Positions 28,431 to 41,541 are shown, counted from the stretch's first letter. The stretch is 64,000 nt of DNA from Eledone cirrhosa (GCA_964016885.1 OZ024755.1:16492001-16556000), one strand, 5' to 3'. Translations and numbers: made by a program. Notes: generated from the letters alone by a model not told the origin.

Positions 28431-29389
28431 ATATGCGTGGGTGTTGTTGCTCCCCCTCTTCCTTTCTATCAAAATGTACTGATCGTAATATGTGAGTTAG
28501 ACTCTAAAATGTAATAGTAGTAGTGTTAATAGTGGTGGTAGTAATAATAGTAAAACAAATAGCTGTTGCCTGCCGCAAAAGTAGAGCGGACCTGTAGTAA
28601 GTGTGTGTATATATATATATATGTGTGTGTATATATATATATATATATATGTGTGTATATATATATATGTGTGTGTGTATATATATATATATGTGTATAT
28701 ATATATATATATCGGTAACCGTAGTAACTCTCTCTCTCACACAATATATAGCTTTTATCAACTCTATAGCTTACTATGGACGGGTGGGATTTAAAGACGG
28801 TATGTATGTGTGTGTATATATATATATATATACACACACACATATATAGATGTATATGCAGTGCCCCCCCCCCCCCCCCCCGAAAAAATCTATACATACT
28901 TTGATTACCTGTACAGGCAATATTCATTAGAATGCTGTTGAAAGGTGTATACATTTTTAGGGACACCCTGTGTATACCGCTGTCGTCACTACTTATGTAT
29001 TGAGTACTCAATGGCATCAACGATTATATGATTATAATAAACGGCTTTCACAGTGTATGCCTGTGTCTGTATGTTTGTGTGTGTTTATATATATATATAT
29101 ATAATGGTAGAACACTGGGTTCGTGGGAAGAGTTCACAACAGTTAATAAATATATATTCACAGACAAACAATGTGGAAGCGGCTTATGTCGATGAGAGGG
29201 TATGGCAGTTGACTTATTCGCCAGGCTCATCACAAGCATTTGATGACTGGTAAAAAAAAGAAGCCATGTCTTGTTGAAAAGAACCTTATGATTGCGAAGG
29301 CAACTTCTTAGCTATTCAGCCTTGCTCTTTTGTGGAGTTGACTTTCCAGGTCACCAAAAACTAACTACTGGACTCATAAGGCCAACTCA

Positions 29390-29762
29390 GGGGTTGGTGG
29401 CTTTCCAGGCCAGTAAAAACTAACTACACCACTGGCTGGGTCATATTCTCGTACACTTCTCTGGTGGTGGTGAATTTCCAGGCCAGTAAAAACTGGGTCA
29501 TATTCTCGCCCACTTCTCTGGTGGTGGTGACTTTCCAGGCCAGTAAAAACTAACTACACCACTGGCTGGGTCATATTCTCGCCCACTTCTCTGGTGGTGG
29601 TGACTTTCCAGGCCAGTAAAAACTAACTACACCACTGGCTGGGTCATATTCTCGCCCACTTCTCTGGTGGTGGTGACTTTCCAGGCCAGTAAAAACTAAC
29701 TACACCACTGGCTGGGTCATATTCTCGCCCACTTCTCTGGTGGTGGTGACTTTCCAGGCCAG
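29390..29762. repeat. 73-bp tandem repeat inside a larger unclassified repeat (about 29.1-30.24 kb)
   Basis: CTTTCCAGGCCAG recurs at 29531, 29604, 29677 and 29750; degenerate units continue to about 30075. Confidence 0.9.
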
Positions 29763-30912
29763 AAAAATCTATGTAACTACCATCGCCCGCTTTTCTGGTG
29801 TTGGTGATTGAGTCATATTTCGCTTACTTCAAGTGATTTTCCAGAAAAGCTTAACTACAATTATGACAGAAGCCTATCATTACCAGCTTCTTTGATGGTG
29901 GTGAATCTCCAGGCCAGCAAAAACTCACTGCTGATGGGAGCCATCACCAACCACATCCAACCTCTCTGGTGGTTGTGGTAATTTTCCAGGCCAAGCCAGG
30001 CCAGGCAAAAAACTAAGAGGTGGACTGGGTTGTTTACTCGCCCACCTATCTGATGTTGGTAACTTTCCAGGCCAGTCCCAAATGAACTTCTCCGGATATA
30101 AATGCAAGGAAGTCGGAAGAAATGCCGTTCTTCTCTGTCTTGTGTGGGATAGCGTTTTAGTTGTAAGTCGAGTCTGTCAACGTTTCTACGAACTTCTTTT
30201 CTTTGTACTACTACTCTCTCTCTCTCTACTACATTCTATACTGTGAGACTTCCTCTCTCTATCGATTATGCCCCCCCCTCCCTACACACACACACACATA
30301 CAGAGGACAGTGTGTTCGGAAGTTGAAGAAACACAGCGAGATCCTAATCCAATTAAGTGAAAGTCAGGCGTAGAAGGGAAAAATAATTGTTTCTACTTTT
30401 GGCACAAGGCCAGCAATTACCCCCAGTGCATTACTGGTACTTTATTTTCTCGACCCCGTAAGGATGAAAGGTCGTAAAAAATAATATTTGAAAGAAATAG
30501 TTCCAGTTACATTATATATATATATATATATATATATAAACTTTCATGCTAAACACGATACTAGTGAGATTCAGCATGTTACATGCAGTTGCCAGCTGAG
30601 TGGACAGGAGCAACAAGAAATAAAGAATCTTGCTCAAGGACGCAATGTACTGCAGGGAATTGAACACAAGGCCTAACAATCATGAGCTAGGCAACCCTAG
30701 CCACTAAGCCACACACCTACACGCACCAGAAATGGTCGATTGTGTAAAAATGCACACACATGTACACATCCGAGTACTAGTGTTAAATATCAGTTGTTTG
30801 GATTTAAAATAATAAAACCCAGTCATTCAAGAAATAAATATGAAAGCTTTAAAACAGAATGAAAAGACGGAAGTTGGAGAATATTCAATGAATATACATA
30901 CATTCTCCAACG

Positions 30913-30955
<43 letters not shown>

Positions 30956-30958
<3 letters not shown>

Positions 30959-31121
30959 GAACGAGTAGGACCCCGACGGCTGAGTCCAGAATTAGACGTC
31001 GAAACGGCTTGAGCTCAGCCGTCGGGGTCCTACTCGTTCCTATTACCCACTCTACTCCCCTAAGTATTGAGTACTTTGGTGCGTTATGGTCCACTTGGTT
31101 CCTTACCACATTTCCTTCGTT
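30956..31121 (+). mobile_element. Family A fold-back element between (TG)n and (TA)n
   Basis: AGGAACGAGTAGGACCCCGACGGCTGAG...GAAACGGCTTGAGCTCAGCCGTCGGGGTCCTACTCGTTCCT plus tail. Confidence 0.8.
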
Positions 31122-31757
31122 ATATATATATATATAGTCTCTCTAACGTCTGTCTCAAGCCCCGGAGCTCATCAGGCCGGTGCTTATCCCGGTTTCCATG
31201 GCGTTAAGCGACAGAGTACAATACTGCCTCCTGGACAGGACGCCAGTCCATCGCAGGGTTAAACTCCCAGGTATTGCTGGTGCTCATGTTCAGTTGAGTA
31301 TACTGGAGCAACATGAAATGAAGTGTTTTGCTCAAGAACAACACACAGCCCAGTCCAGAAACTGAACCCACAACAATATGGTCATAAGTCTAACACCTTT
31401 ACCATATATATATATTTAACATTAGAGAAGGAAGTATGTTTTAACGGTAGAAAACGATGTATGTGTGTGTATGAATGTTAGACGTTTGATAAGAAAAAAA
31501 AACCTTAGAAAATGATATATCTATCTATCTATGAATATTTAAACTCTACTTCGGTATTGAGTACTCTTTTCTCTCGGTCATCAACTCCATCTATGTAAGT
31601 ATATTTTAGAAAACGAAATATATGTGTATGTATTTAATGTGTTCGAAAACAAAGATATGTACGTATGTATTAACGTTATAAAATTAAATATGTGTGTATG
31701 TTGTATCTTTTAAGGTTAGTAAATGATGTGTATACATATATTTAACGTTATAAAACG

Positions 31758-31803
<46 letters not shown>

Positions 31804-32930
31804 AACGTTAGTAAACGATGTGTATGCATATATTTAACGGTAGAAAACGGTGTGTGTATTATATATTTAACGGTAGAAAACGGTGTGTGTGTATATATAT
31901 ATCCAACGTTAGTAAACGATGTGTATGCATATATTTAACGGTAGAAAACGGTGTGTGTATTATATATTTAACGGTAGAAAACGGTGTGTGTATTATATAT
32001 TTAACGGTACAAAACGGCGTGTGTATATATATATTTAACGGTACAAAACGATGTGTGTGTGTGTATATATATATTCAACATTAGTAAACGATGTGTACGC
32101 GTATATGAATATTTGACGATAGAAAATGGTGTGTGTATTTATATATTCAACGTTAATAAACGATGTGTATATGTGTATATTTGACGGTAGAAAACCGTGT
32201 GTGTATATGTATATCTGACGGTAGAAAGAAATACGTTAAAAAAAAAAAAAACGGGAGTATAAATGAACGCATGTATATTTGATGTTAGCGAACGAAGTTT
32301 GGAGTGGTCGGTAGTTGGGTTTGTCAGTAGGTTGAAGTCTTTCAATGAACCGTATTCAATATGTGTATTCATTTGTTGCTAACAGTGGCTACCAAAACGA
32401 GTCTCCTGTTGAATGTATTTTCACTGACGCTCCAACCAACAGCTTTTTATCTACTCCATCTTTCTTACACTCTTTCACGTTGAGATAAACGAGAGAGGCA
32501 GGAAGTCTCTGATGTGGTTTTTTTAACTTGCTAGTAATAACAGCTACGTATCTCTTTCATGTCTCACACTACTGTCGCATTTTTTTTTTAAAAAAGAACG
32601 AATGACATATTATATAATGTAGATCTACATATACTTTTGTGTCAATTTTATAATTTTACAAAATGGTGTGGTGTGGTGTGGTGTGGTATCGGTTGTACAC
32701 AAACAGGCATGATCATAGGGCTGTTTGATCAAACCTGACCCGTGGCTAAACAAACAACCACACCGTCACCACCATCATCAACAACAACAAATAAGACGAA
32801 AGAAGGAAGGAGTCTCTTTACACGGTTACAACAGCTAGTAATAGAAACCAAATTTCTAATTTCTCGCAAAATATTATTTTTATTAAGGACACATTCAACA
32901 ATGTAGTTTCAGAACGCGCTATGATTAAAA

Positions 32931-32961
<31 letters not shown>

Positions 32962-33578
32962 GGGTTAGTCACGACTGGAACGACTTACAGGTCCATGTCT
33001 ACTTGAATCATGTTGACCTGGGGCACCTCGACAATCCGACACACTTGAAAGCGGTTATTTTCAGTGTGGGGGAGGTGTGTTATTGTTTTGTATGTAGATA
33101 CCTTTTCGTATTTGTATTCTTATTACTAGTTTCAGTCATTAGACTGTGGCCATGCTGCAGCACAGCCTTGATTTAATCGATCATATCGATCCCAATATTT
33201 TTATATATTTTTATGTCTCGTACTTATTTTAACGATTTCTTTTCCTTTTCTCGACTCGCTGAGTTACGTAACATCACACACATACACATAGGTGTGTGTG
33301 TGTGTGTGTATGCAAATGGCAGAGCTTTCCATTGTCACGTTCACACTTATCGTTGTTCTCAGGGAGATTCAGTGTGGCACTGTGTAACAAGGTTCACCCT
33401 TTGAATTACAGGTACAACTAATTTTTGCTCGCTGAGTAGACTGGGGCAACGAAAAATAAAAAAGTATTGCTTAAGGACACACGCATATACACAAATATAT
33501 ATATATAATTAGAAAGTGAACAACACAGGCCCCTACACAATATTAACATACATCTAGTTCGCTCATCAGATAGAAAAG

Positions 33579-33628
<50 letters not shown>

Positions 33629-33919
33629 GTGTACACGTGTGTGTGTGTGTGTACAGGCGTGCATTTGTTGGTTTTAACATTTTCCAATAAAAGACTTTTC
33701 CAATAATTTCAAATGATTTTGAAAATACTCATGTCTTTTGTAGAGATTTAAGTAAGTTTCTCATTGTTAAGTTTAAAACATATCAAATGTGTCCTATGTG
33801 AAGTTATGGTGGAAGGTGTTTAGATAGCTATATACATTTTAAACCACTAAGATCAAGAAAGAATTAAGTTAGAGTTACAATTGAGTTAATAATACAAGTA
33901 CAGAGCTTTAGAAAAAAAT

Positions 33920-34110
33920 AATTGTTTCTACTTTAGGCACAGGGCCAGCAATTATCCCAGAGCATTACTGGTACTTTATTTTATCGACCCCGTAAGGATG
34001 AAAGGCAAAGTTAACCTCGGCGGGATGTGAACTCAGAACGTAAAGGGCCATAACTCTATGCTGTAAAGCATGGTGTCTGACGCTCTACCGATACTGTCAA
34101 TTCACCGCTC
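33920..34110 (-). mobile_element. SINE S1
   Basis: Reverse complement of the S1 consensus. Confidence 0.82.
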
Positions 34111-34555
34111 TTCAGGAAAAAAAAAAAAAGAATCTAAAGTGTCAAACTTACCTCTTCCCATTCCTGCACTAAGATGGTAATCTTTTGTTCTGAAGATCAC
34201 GGACAACTTCCAGTAATATTTGTTACTGAGAATGGTATTCTTACTCGTTACTGGTTTCAGTCATGAGACTGTGGCCATGCTGCAGCACAGCCTTGATTTA
34301 GTCGATCATATCGACCCCAATATTTATATATTGTTAAAGTATGGTACTTCTTTTTTTTTTTCGAATAGCTAAGTTCACACTTACCGTTGTTCTCAGGGAG
34401 ATTCAGTGTGACACTGTAACAAGGTTAGCCCTTTGAATTACAGGTACAACTAATTTTTGCTCGGTGGGTAGACTGGAGAAACGAAAAAGAAAAAAAAGTC
34501 TTTTTTAAGGACACACATATATACACAGATCTCTCTCTCTATATATATATATATA

Positions 34556-34863
34556 TATAATTGAATATACAAGAGAGATAAACACAAATATAAACATACA
34601 TGTGTTCGAATTGTAAAGGACCAAGTTCACTAGGTTTGTTCTTTTTCTTGATTTATTACTTTAAATTGAGTCTGGCAAACCATATTGTTATAGTTAGTAT
34701 TTTGTTTCACCCTAGTGAACTTGGTCCTTTACAATTCGAACACATATATGTTTATATTTGTGTTTATCTCTCTTGCATATTCAATTATATTACACGGCTC
34801 AGAAAAACTTCTTTCTTGGAGCTATTTAATTGTAAGAGACTATTTTGAGTTTCTAACTCAATA

Positions 34864-34868
<5 letters not shown>
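34556..34868 (+). mobile_element. Inverted-repeat element (about 79-bp arms at 34556-34634 and 34711-34789) plus tail, TA-flanked
   Basis: Arms are reverse-complementary with about 2 mismatches; same layout as families A, C and F. Confidence 0.75.
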
Positions 34869-34908
<40 letters not shown>

Positions 34909-35090
34909 TAAAATGTGGAGAGGAAGCACACGAGTTAGGATATATATATATATATATTTTTTTCTTTTTTTTTTCTGGGTTAGAAAATGATTAAAACGAA
35001 ATATTTTACTTTGTGTGAAGTGTTAAGGTATTGGTTGATTTATTTATTAATTACCAATGGCATTTATTTATTTATATATTTAATAATTGT

Positions 35091-35129
35091 CTATGACCGG
35101 TTTCAACATTTTTATGCATTATCAAATGA
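35091..35129 (-). ncRNA. Degenerate HHR in the 3' region of the Penelope-like element
   Basis: Minus strand reads TTGATAA-TGCAT-AAAA-ATGTT-GAAA-CCGGTC-ATAG; palindromic helix III ACCGGU, GUC triplet; core has two substitutions. Confidence 0.5.
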
Positions 35130-35561
35130 TAATAATATGTAGAATGGTGGTGTTGGACATGTTAAAGAAATGGTGCAGAAAGAATAATGTTATTTACAAA
35201 CAAGGTTTATGAAGTGAAAAGAAAAAAGAAAAAAAAAGGACCGTAATGTGGAACATAATAAGGCAATGTGAAAGAAAAAAATAATGTTATTTACAGGCAT
35301 AGTTCTTGAAGATAAGCAGATCAAAATGTGTCAATATAGCAAGAGTGCTTAGTTGATCCATGATGGAGGCAAATGGTGGTCTGGAGTTTGATATGATTTC
35401 CCTTTTTAGAGAGTTAATATGCAGGGGGAGGTAATTCAGGGTGGGAGAGAAATTGTGGATGGTTATTTAATTTATTTAAGAAAAAGGATTAGGTAGGATG
35501 TAGGGAGGTCACTCTTTAGAGAGACATAGGTATTTGTAAATGTCCATTGTTCGTTCCAGTT

Positions 35562-36628
35562 TTAGTTTAGTGCATTAAGTAGAGTTTGGAATTTGTTAAT
35601 GAAATACGTTTCCTTATTGGTACGATGGATGAAAGAAGCGTTGTCTATGAATTTGTAAATGGGGAACATTTTAAAGTTTGGATGTTGGATGGCTGCACAA
35701 TTGGCGATATGTTCACTAAACGCAATCTTTCTGTATTCTTGTATTTTGATTTGTGATTTATGGACGGTCATACGTTGTCGGAGGCTGTTTTTTGTCTGTC
35801 CTATGTAGTGCTCTTGACAACCTGAGCAGGTCAAAACATAGATTAGGTTTACAGATGCACATGTAAAGTTGTGTTTAACTGTGAAATGTTGTCCTTGTTT
35901 AAAATGAAATGTTGAACCTTCTATTAGATTTATGCATATGCCACAGTTGGGCCTTCCGCATTTTGTTACTGCTGGGTTCATTGAGGGTTTGTTTGGATTT
36001 TGGCTTGTGTGAGGATGTTTTTTATGGATTTAGGTTGTCTTTTGCTCTTTATGATGCTGTGTGTTTGGAGGATTTTGTTCATTCTTGGGTCTCTTTTTAG
36101 TAAAGGAATGTTCTGGAGGATGGTGTCGAATGCCTCATTGTTGAGGGGGTTGTGTGTGGAGATGTATGGTAGAGTTTTCTGTTGCGGTTCATTCCTGGGT
36201 TTGGGGTGTCTGAGTTCCTGGATGTTGAGTTTTTGGGCATGTTGGAATCCATTGTTGATTGGTGGGTAGTTTTTGCTGATAAGTGTGTTTTTTCATTCTT
36301 CTAGTCGTGTGTAGCATGTGTATTTATCTGAAACTATTGTGCAGATCCTTCTGGCTAGGTTATAAGGAATTGCCATTTTGGTATGTCGAGGGTGGCACGA
36401 ATTGAATGGAAGGTATTGTTTGGAGTCTGTGGGTTTGTAGTATATGTCTGTTTCTATTTTGTTGTTTGTTTTCTTGATGAGGATGTCGAGGAAAGGGAGT
36501 TGTTCATGGCTGTAATCCATTGTGAATTGTAAGTTTGTGTTGAGTCCATTTAGAAGGGTTTTAAACTCAATCAGTCTATCTAAACTTTCATGCCAGAGGA
36601 TGAAGCAGTCGTCCAGATATCTCTTCCA
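35562..36628 (-). pseudogene. Penelope-like retroelement (Neptune/Naiad-type) RT-thumb-linker-GIY-YIG, 5'-truncated and disrupted
   Basis: WKRYLDDCF, LPFLDI, TDIYYKPTDSKQYLPFNSCHP; in-frame TGA at about 36293, then KNTLISKNYP...LPYISTHNP...KRQPKSIKNILTQAK; frameshift near 35985; CGRPNCGIC and NLIYVLTCSGCQEHYIGQT...RMTVH; 5' end abuts (TC)n(TA)n. Confidence 0.92.
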
Positions 36629-36633
36629 GTTCT

Positions 36634-36685
<52 letters not shown>

Positions 36686-36688
<3 letters not shown>

Positions 36689-36714
36689 GGATTCTAAACT
36701 GTTTCTATAATGAT

Positions 36715-36755
<41 letters not shown>

Positions 36756-36783
36756 TCATTATAGAAACAGTTTAGAATCCCCA
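36686..36783. repeat. 30-bp inverted repeat around (TA)n, next to the PLE truncation point
   Basis: TGGGGATTCTAAACTGTTTCTATAATGATC...(TA)n...GATCATTATAGAAACAGTTTAGAATCCCCA. Confidence 0.9.
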
Positions 36784-37019
36784 CCTAACTTAGTTTCCTC
36801 ATAAGTTTCTTAATAAAACATATTTTGCAGGGATACATTTTCGAAGGTGTAGATTACTAACATGTTGATTAAATGTTTTAAATATAGTCATTTCCATTCA
36901 CGGAAATCAACTGGAGTTCTCTGTGATCTTAAAACGAATGATTACCCTCTAAAATTATTTGGTAAATTTCATAACTTTTTGGTGGGGGAGGGAAAGTTGA
37001 CCTTTAGCTAAATAAGAGT

Positions 37020-37225
37020 TTCTGATTTAAGCACAAGGCCAACAACTTTGGAGGAGGGGTAAAAGTCAATTAAATCGACCTCAATACGTTACTAGTACTT
37101 TATTTTATTGACCCCCCATAAGGATGAAAGGCAAAGCTAACCTCGCCGGAATTTGAACTTAGAACGTAAAGGGCCATAACTATATACCGCAAAGCATGTT
37201 GTCCAACACTCTACTGCCAATCCAC
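37020..37225 (-). mobile_element. SINE S1 (older copy)
   Basis: Reverse complement of S1 with substitutions. Confidence 0.75.
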
Positions 37226-37259
37226 TGACCTTGGAATGATTTTATAATACAACTAACTT

Positions 37260-37430
37260 TACTTCTCCAGATTGAGAGATGACAGCTCCGATACTATGAG
37301 CATGTGGTTAGAATGTCTCAGGAAAGACTCGCTGGGCAGATTTTATGGGCAAACCAACAGGTAGACTCAAGCAAGATGGTTGGATAACATCCATGAGCAC
37401 AAGATGGTTGGATAACATCCATGAAGCACT
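37260..37430 (+). pseudogene. RTE-type LINE C-terminal fragment
   Basis: LLQIER*QLRYYEHVVRMSQERLAGQILWA...RWLDNIHE resembles the RTE QLRWxGHVxRMxxxRL...RW motif. Confidence 0.7.
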
Positions 37431-38691
37431 AACTTTATCATGATTAAGCTGGTTTTTGGTACATAACTTAAAGGTTCTTATATAAAATTATGATTGATGG
37501 AAGGTTTTAAGATAAATATCAACACTTTATATTAAACAGTTTTTGTATTGTAGAAGACCCAGTGCCAGTTTCAATTGGATTTGTAACAAAAGAGACCAAC
37601 GAATAAGTTGTGAATTTTTAGGGAGATTTGACTGCTATATCTAGCAGAGCAAGCAACCCTGTAGAGGGGCTCCCTTGTTGATACAGTACATTCTAGAGGC
37701 AACTGTTGTGTTATTTGTGATGGTTTTCTTGTCGTCGTCGTCGTCGTTGTTGTTTTAATTACCTTTTTGTGTATTTTATTATCATTATTATTATTGTTGT
37801 TATTATTATTATTTTAAATTTAGGTTGTGTGAGAAAAATATTCAGTATGGCTGTAAAAATATATTTAGAAATATTTGGGCACCGAAGTGAAGAAAAGAAT
37901 TTTTTCCCCTCTTGAGAAATTTATATATACATGTATACACTCACACAGATATATGTCAGTATATATGTATGTATGTTTGCATGAATATATGTGTGTATGA
38001 GAGAGAGAGAGAGAGAGAGAAAGAACGAAAGTATATGTATGCTTGTGTGGGTATATATATGCTTGTGTGGGTATATGTATGCTTGTGTGGGGGTGTATAT
38101 ATATATATACACCACATATATATATACCCACACACCACATATATATATATACACACACACATACATAGACATACATACACACATACATTGCATAGCAAGA
38201 GTTTTAATGCTAAAATCTATGTTAAGGAAGGGGTTAGCCTGATGGGGCTCCATGTCAACCTTTCCCACTTTACCCTATTCTTTGCAATTCCCTCCCCCCA
38301 TACATCTTATATGTGTGTGTAGTGTTGGTACCACCACACAAAAAAAAAATTTAAACCGCACCCAGCTGACTCTGTAAAGTGGCAACAGGCAGTATTAGTG
38401 GGGCTGTGAAGTGGTTGGCATGAGGGAGGGCACCCAGCTGTAGAAACCACACCAGAAATGTACAAGTGAGACACACTCACCTGACTGTACAATGACCAAT
38501 CTTTCCCATGTACTAGTGCTACAATAAAAAGACACACAGTCTGTCCTATACATTTGTAGTGCTGGTGTTAGTGTCATGACAGCATAAAATGGTTGGTGTT
38601 AGGGTCTCCAACTGTAGAAACCATCGCCAGAATTGAATGGATGGCTGAGGCAATCATCTAACTGGTCTAGCTACTGAACACCACAACCCGT

Positions 38692-38907
38692 TTAACTCTT
38701 TAGCATTTAAACTGGTCATATTCGGCCAGAATTCTCTCACCTCTTTCTGTTCAAACTGGCCATAACCGGTTGCTCATACTTATGTTAAGGTATTGTTCTC
38801 AAAATAATTAATATCAAAATCTTGTAGATTCTATTATGTGAGATGAAGCCTTTACCACAACAATGAAATAGTATATATATAGAGGGATGTAAATGATAAA
38901 GGGTTAA
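38692..38907. mobile_element. piggyBac-like MITE (related copy at about 43670-43873)
   Basis: TTAACTCTTTAGCATTTA...AAATGATAAAGGGTTAA termini with TTAA. Confidence 0.55.
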
Positions 38908-39047
38908 CTCATACCACCATGGTAAACTGACATAAATGGAGATGATATATATATACACACACATATGTATATGTGTGTGTAAGTAGTGTCATAGGTTTCT
39001 GTAAAATAGATAAACAAAAAGAAGTGCTCTATGTTATGTACAGAGCC

Positions 39048-39213
39048 CAGTGCTGGATTTAGGACAAATGAGGCCCTGTGTTAGTTAATTTATGAGGGCC
39101 CTTTCTTGGGCTCTGAGGGAGGTAAAACATTTTTTTGACAGGAAGATGAGCGCCCCTGATCAACAGGGCCCTGTGCTTAAGCACACCTAAACACAATGGT
39201 AAATCCAGTACTG
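39048..39213. mobile_element. hAT MITE
   Basis: TIRs CAGTGCTGGATTTA and TAAATCCAGTACTG; 8-bp TSD ACAGAGCC/ACATAGCC. Confidence 0.85.
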
Positions 39214-39282
39214 ACATAGCCTAATATTATTATTAATAATTCCTCTACTGATACTGCCAATAATAACAATAATAATAATGTT

Positions 39283-39845
39283 TTATTTATTAACCACAAG
39301 GGTTGACACAAAGTATAACCTTAAGGACGGTACAAGACACCACAGGACGGTACAAGACAGCGCAGGACGGTACAAATGGGCATTTCTGCATGTAAAAACA
39401 AATACATAAAACAAAAGCAAAGGAAGGATGTAACAAAAAAAATAAAGAAACCAAGGAAAATTCCACAATAGGGATGGGGGGTGGGGGGGTCTGAGGGTCA
39501 CTTGTGGAGAAAGCTCATTAAAAAAAGCCACGGTGACCCTGAGCACCGGAGCAAGTGCACTCTCCCAGTTTTCCACCTCCAATCTACAGGCCCATACTCA
39601 AGCCACAGTGACCCTGACCACCAGGGCAAGTGCCCTGTCCCAGTTTTCTACCTCCAATCTACAGGCCCATACTCAAGCCACAGTGACCCTGACCACCAAA
39701 GCAAGTACCCTCTCCCAGTTTTCCACAGGCCCATACTCAAGCCACAGTGACCCTGACCACCAGGGCAAGTGCCCTCTCCCATCAATCTACAGGCCCAGTC
39801 ACTCGGGCCATGTTCCGCACCTGCCTCGCTCATCTTTCAACAAAT
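39283..39845 (-). mobile_element. Retroposon 3' end with internal tandem repeats (family also at about 13638, 54326 and 61508-61860)
   Basis: Minus strand ends ...TGTGGTTAATAAA followed by a microsatellite; shared GGACGGTACAAATGGGCATTTCTGC. Confidence 0.6.
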
Positions 39846-40251
39846 AATAATTAAAACAGAACATGCAAAAAACAAAATGGAAGTTATGTCTTGTAAACTT
39901 GTGAGAAGGTCACCTAGAGAAATACTTTCCATAACATCTGTTATCTTAATATCAGTTTTTGAATAAATGAATAAGCACTTAATTGAACTTCCCCTCCACA
40001 CACGCACACATTCAGCAACACCCACCTCCACCTCCATCGCCACTTCCTCCACCTCTTCCACCTCCTACTTGGTACTTGACTAGACCATTCAACTAAGTTG
40101 GTTTACTACCAGCTATCCCCCTCTCCCTCTCCACACAAACATCCCCCTTCACTATCTCTCTCTCTGTTTCCATACATGTCTGTCCATCATGATTTTCAAT
40201 ATATATATATATTACACACACAGACTACCCCACCCCAAACATATATATAAC

Positions 40252-40316
<65 letters not shown>

Positions 40317-40777
40317 CTATAGTATGCATGTATATATATATATGTATATATAAGTATGTAAGTATGTATATGTGTGTGTGTGTGTATAAGTATGTAAGTA
40401 TGTATATGTGTGTGTGTATATGTATGTAAGTAAGTATATGTGTGTGTATATGTATGTAAGTAAGTATGTATGTATATATGTGTGTGTGTGTGTATGTATA
40501 TTGTAAACCTGTATTTAACAGAAACGATTTCTGAAGGAATTAAACTGAACCACTCATAAAAAATGTAGACAAGGAGTGGTCTAACAAGAACCAGTTGGAC
40601 ATAAATGATAAATATATAATCTAGAATATATAGTATATATAGAACTTAGCTAGTTACTTATTGTTGGTGAGGTATAAAATATAGTATATAGTACCTAGGT
40701 AAGTGGTGTTAGTGAGTTGAAATATATAGTATACAGAACATAGGTAGGTAGTGTTGGTGAGGTGTAATATATAATAT

Positions 40778-41541
40778 ATAATTGTTTCTACTTTAGGCAC
40801 AAGGCCAGCAATTACTCAGTGCATTACTGGTACTTTATTTTATCGACCCCGTAAGGATGAAAGGCAAAGTCAACCTCGGCGGGATTTGAACTCAGATCGT
40901 AAAGGGACGTAACTATGCTGGAAAGCATGGCGTCCGACCCTCCACCGATACTGCCAATCCACTAGAACAGATAATTGTTTCTACTTTAGGCACAAGGCCA
41001 GCAAATACCCAGTACATTACTGGTACTTTATTTTATCGACCCCGTAAGGATGAAAGGCAAAGTCAACCTCGGCGGGATTTGAACTCAGATCGTAAAGGGA
41101 CGTAACTATGCTGGAAAGCATGGCGTCCGACCCTCCACCGATACTGCCAATCCACTAGAACAGATAATTGTTTCTACTTTAGGCACAAGGCCAGCAAATA
41201 CCCAGTACATTACTGGTACTTTATTTTATCGACCCCGTAAGGATGAAAGGCAAAGTCAACCTCGGCGGGATTTGAACTCAGATCGTAAAGGGACGTAACT
41301 ATGCTGGAAAGCATGGCGTCCGACCCTCCACCGATACTGCCAATCCACTAGAACAGATAATTGTTTCTACTTTAGGCACAAGGCCAGCAAATACCCAGTA
41401 CATTACTGGTACTTTATTTTATCGACCCCGTAAGGATGAAAGGCAAAGCCAACCTCGGCGGGATTTGAACTCAAATCGTAAAGGGACGTAACTATGCTGG
41501 AAAGCATGGCGTCCGACCCTCCACCGATACTGCCAATCCAC
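40778..41541 (-). mobile_element. Head-to-tail array of four full-length SINE S1 copies (193-bp period)
   Basis: ATAATTGTTTCTAC starts at 40778, 40971, 41164 and 41357; units nearly identical, joined by TAGAACAG. Confidence 0.92.

Noticed and set aside
36293-36295. In-frame TGA as selenocysteine (reported for some Naiad PLEs)
   Set aside because: The position corresponds to Leu in RLxELK (likely TTA to TGA), not Cys, and the copy also has a frameshift, so it is a simple nonsense mutation.
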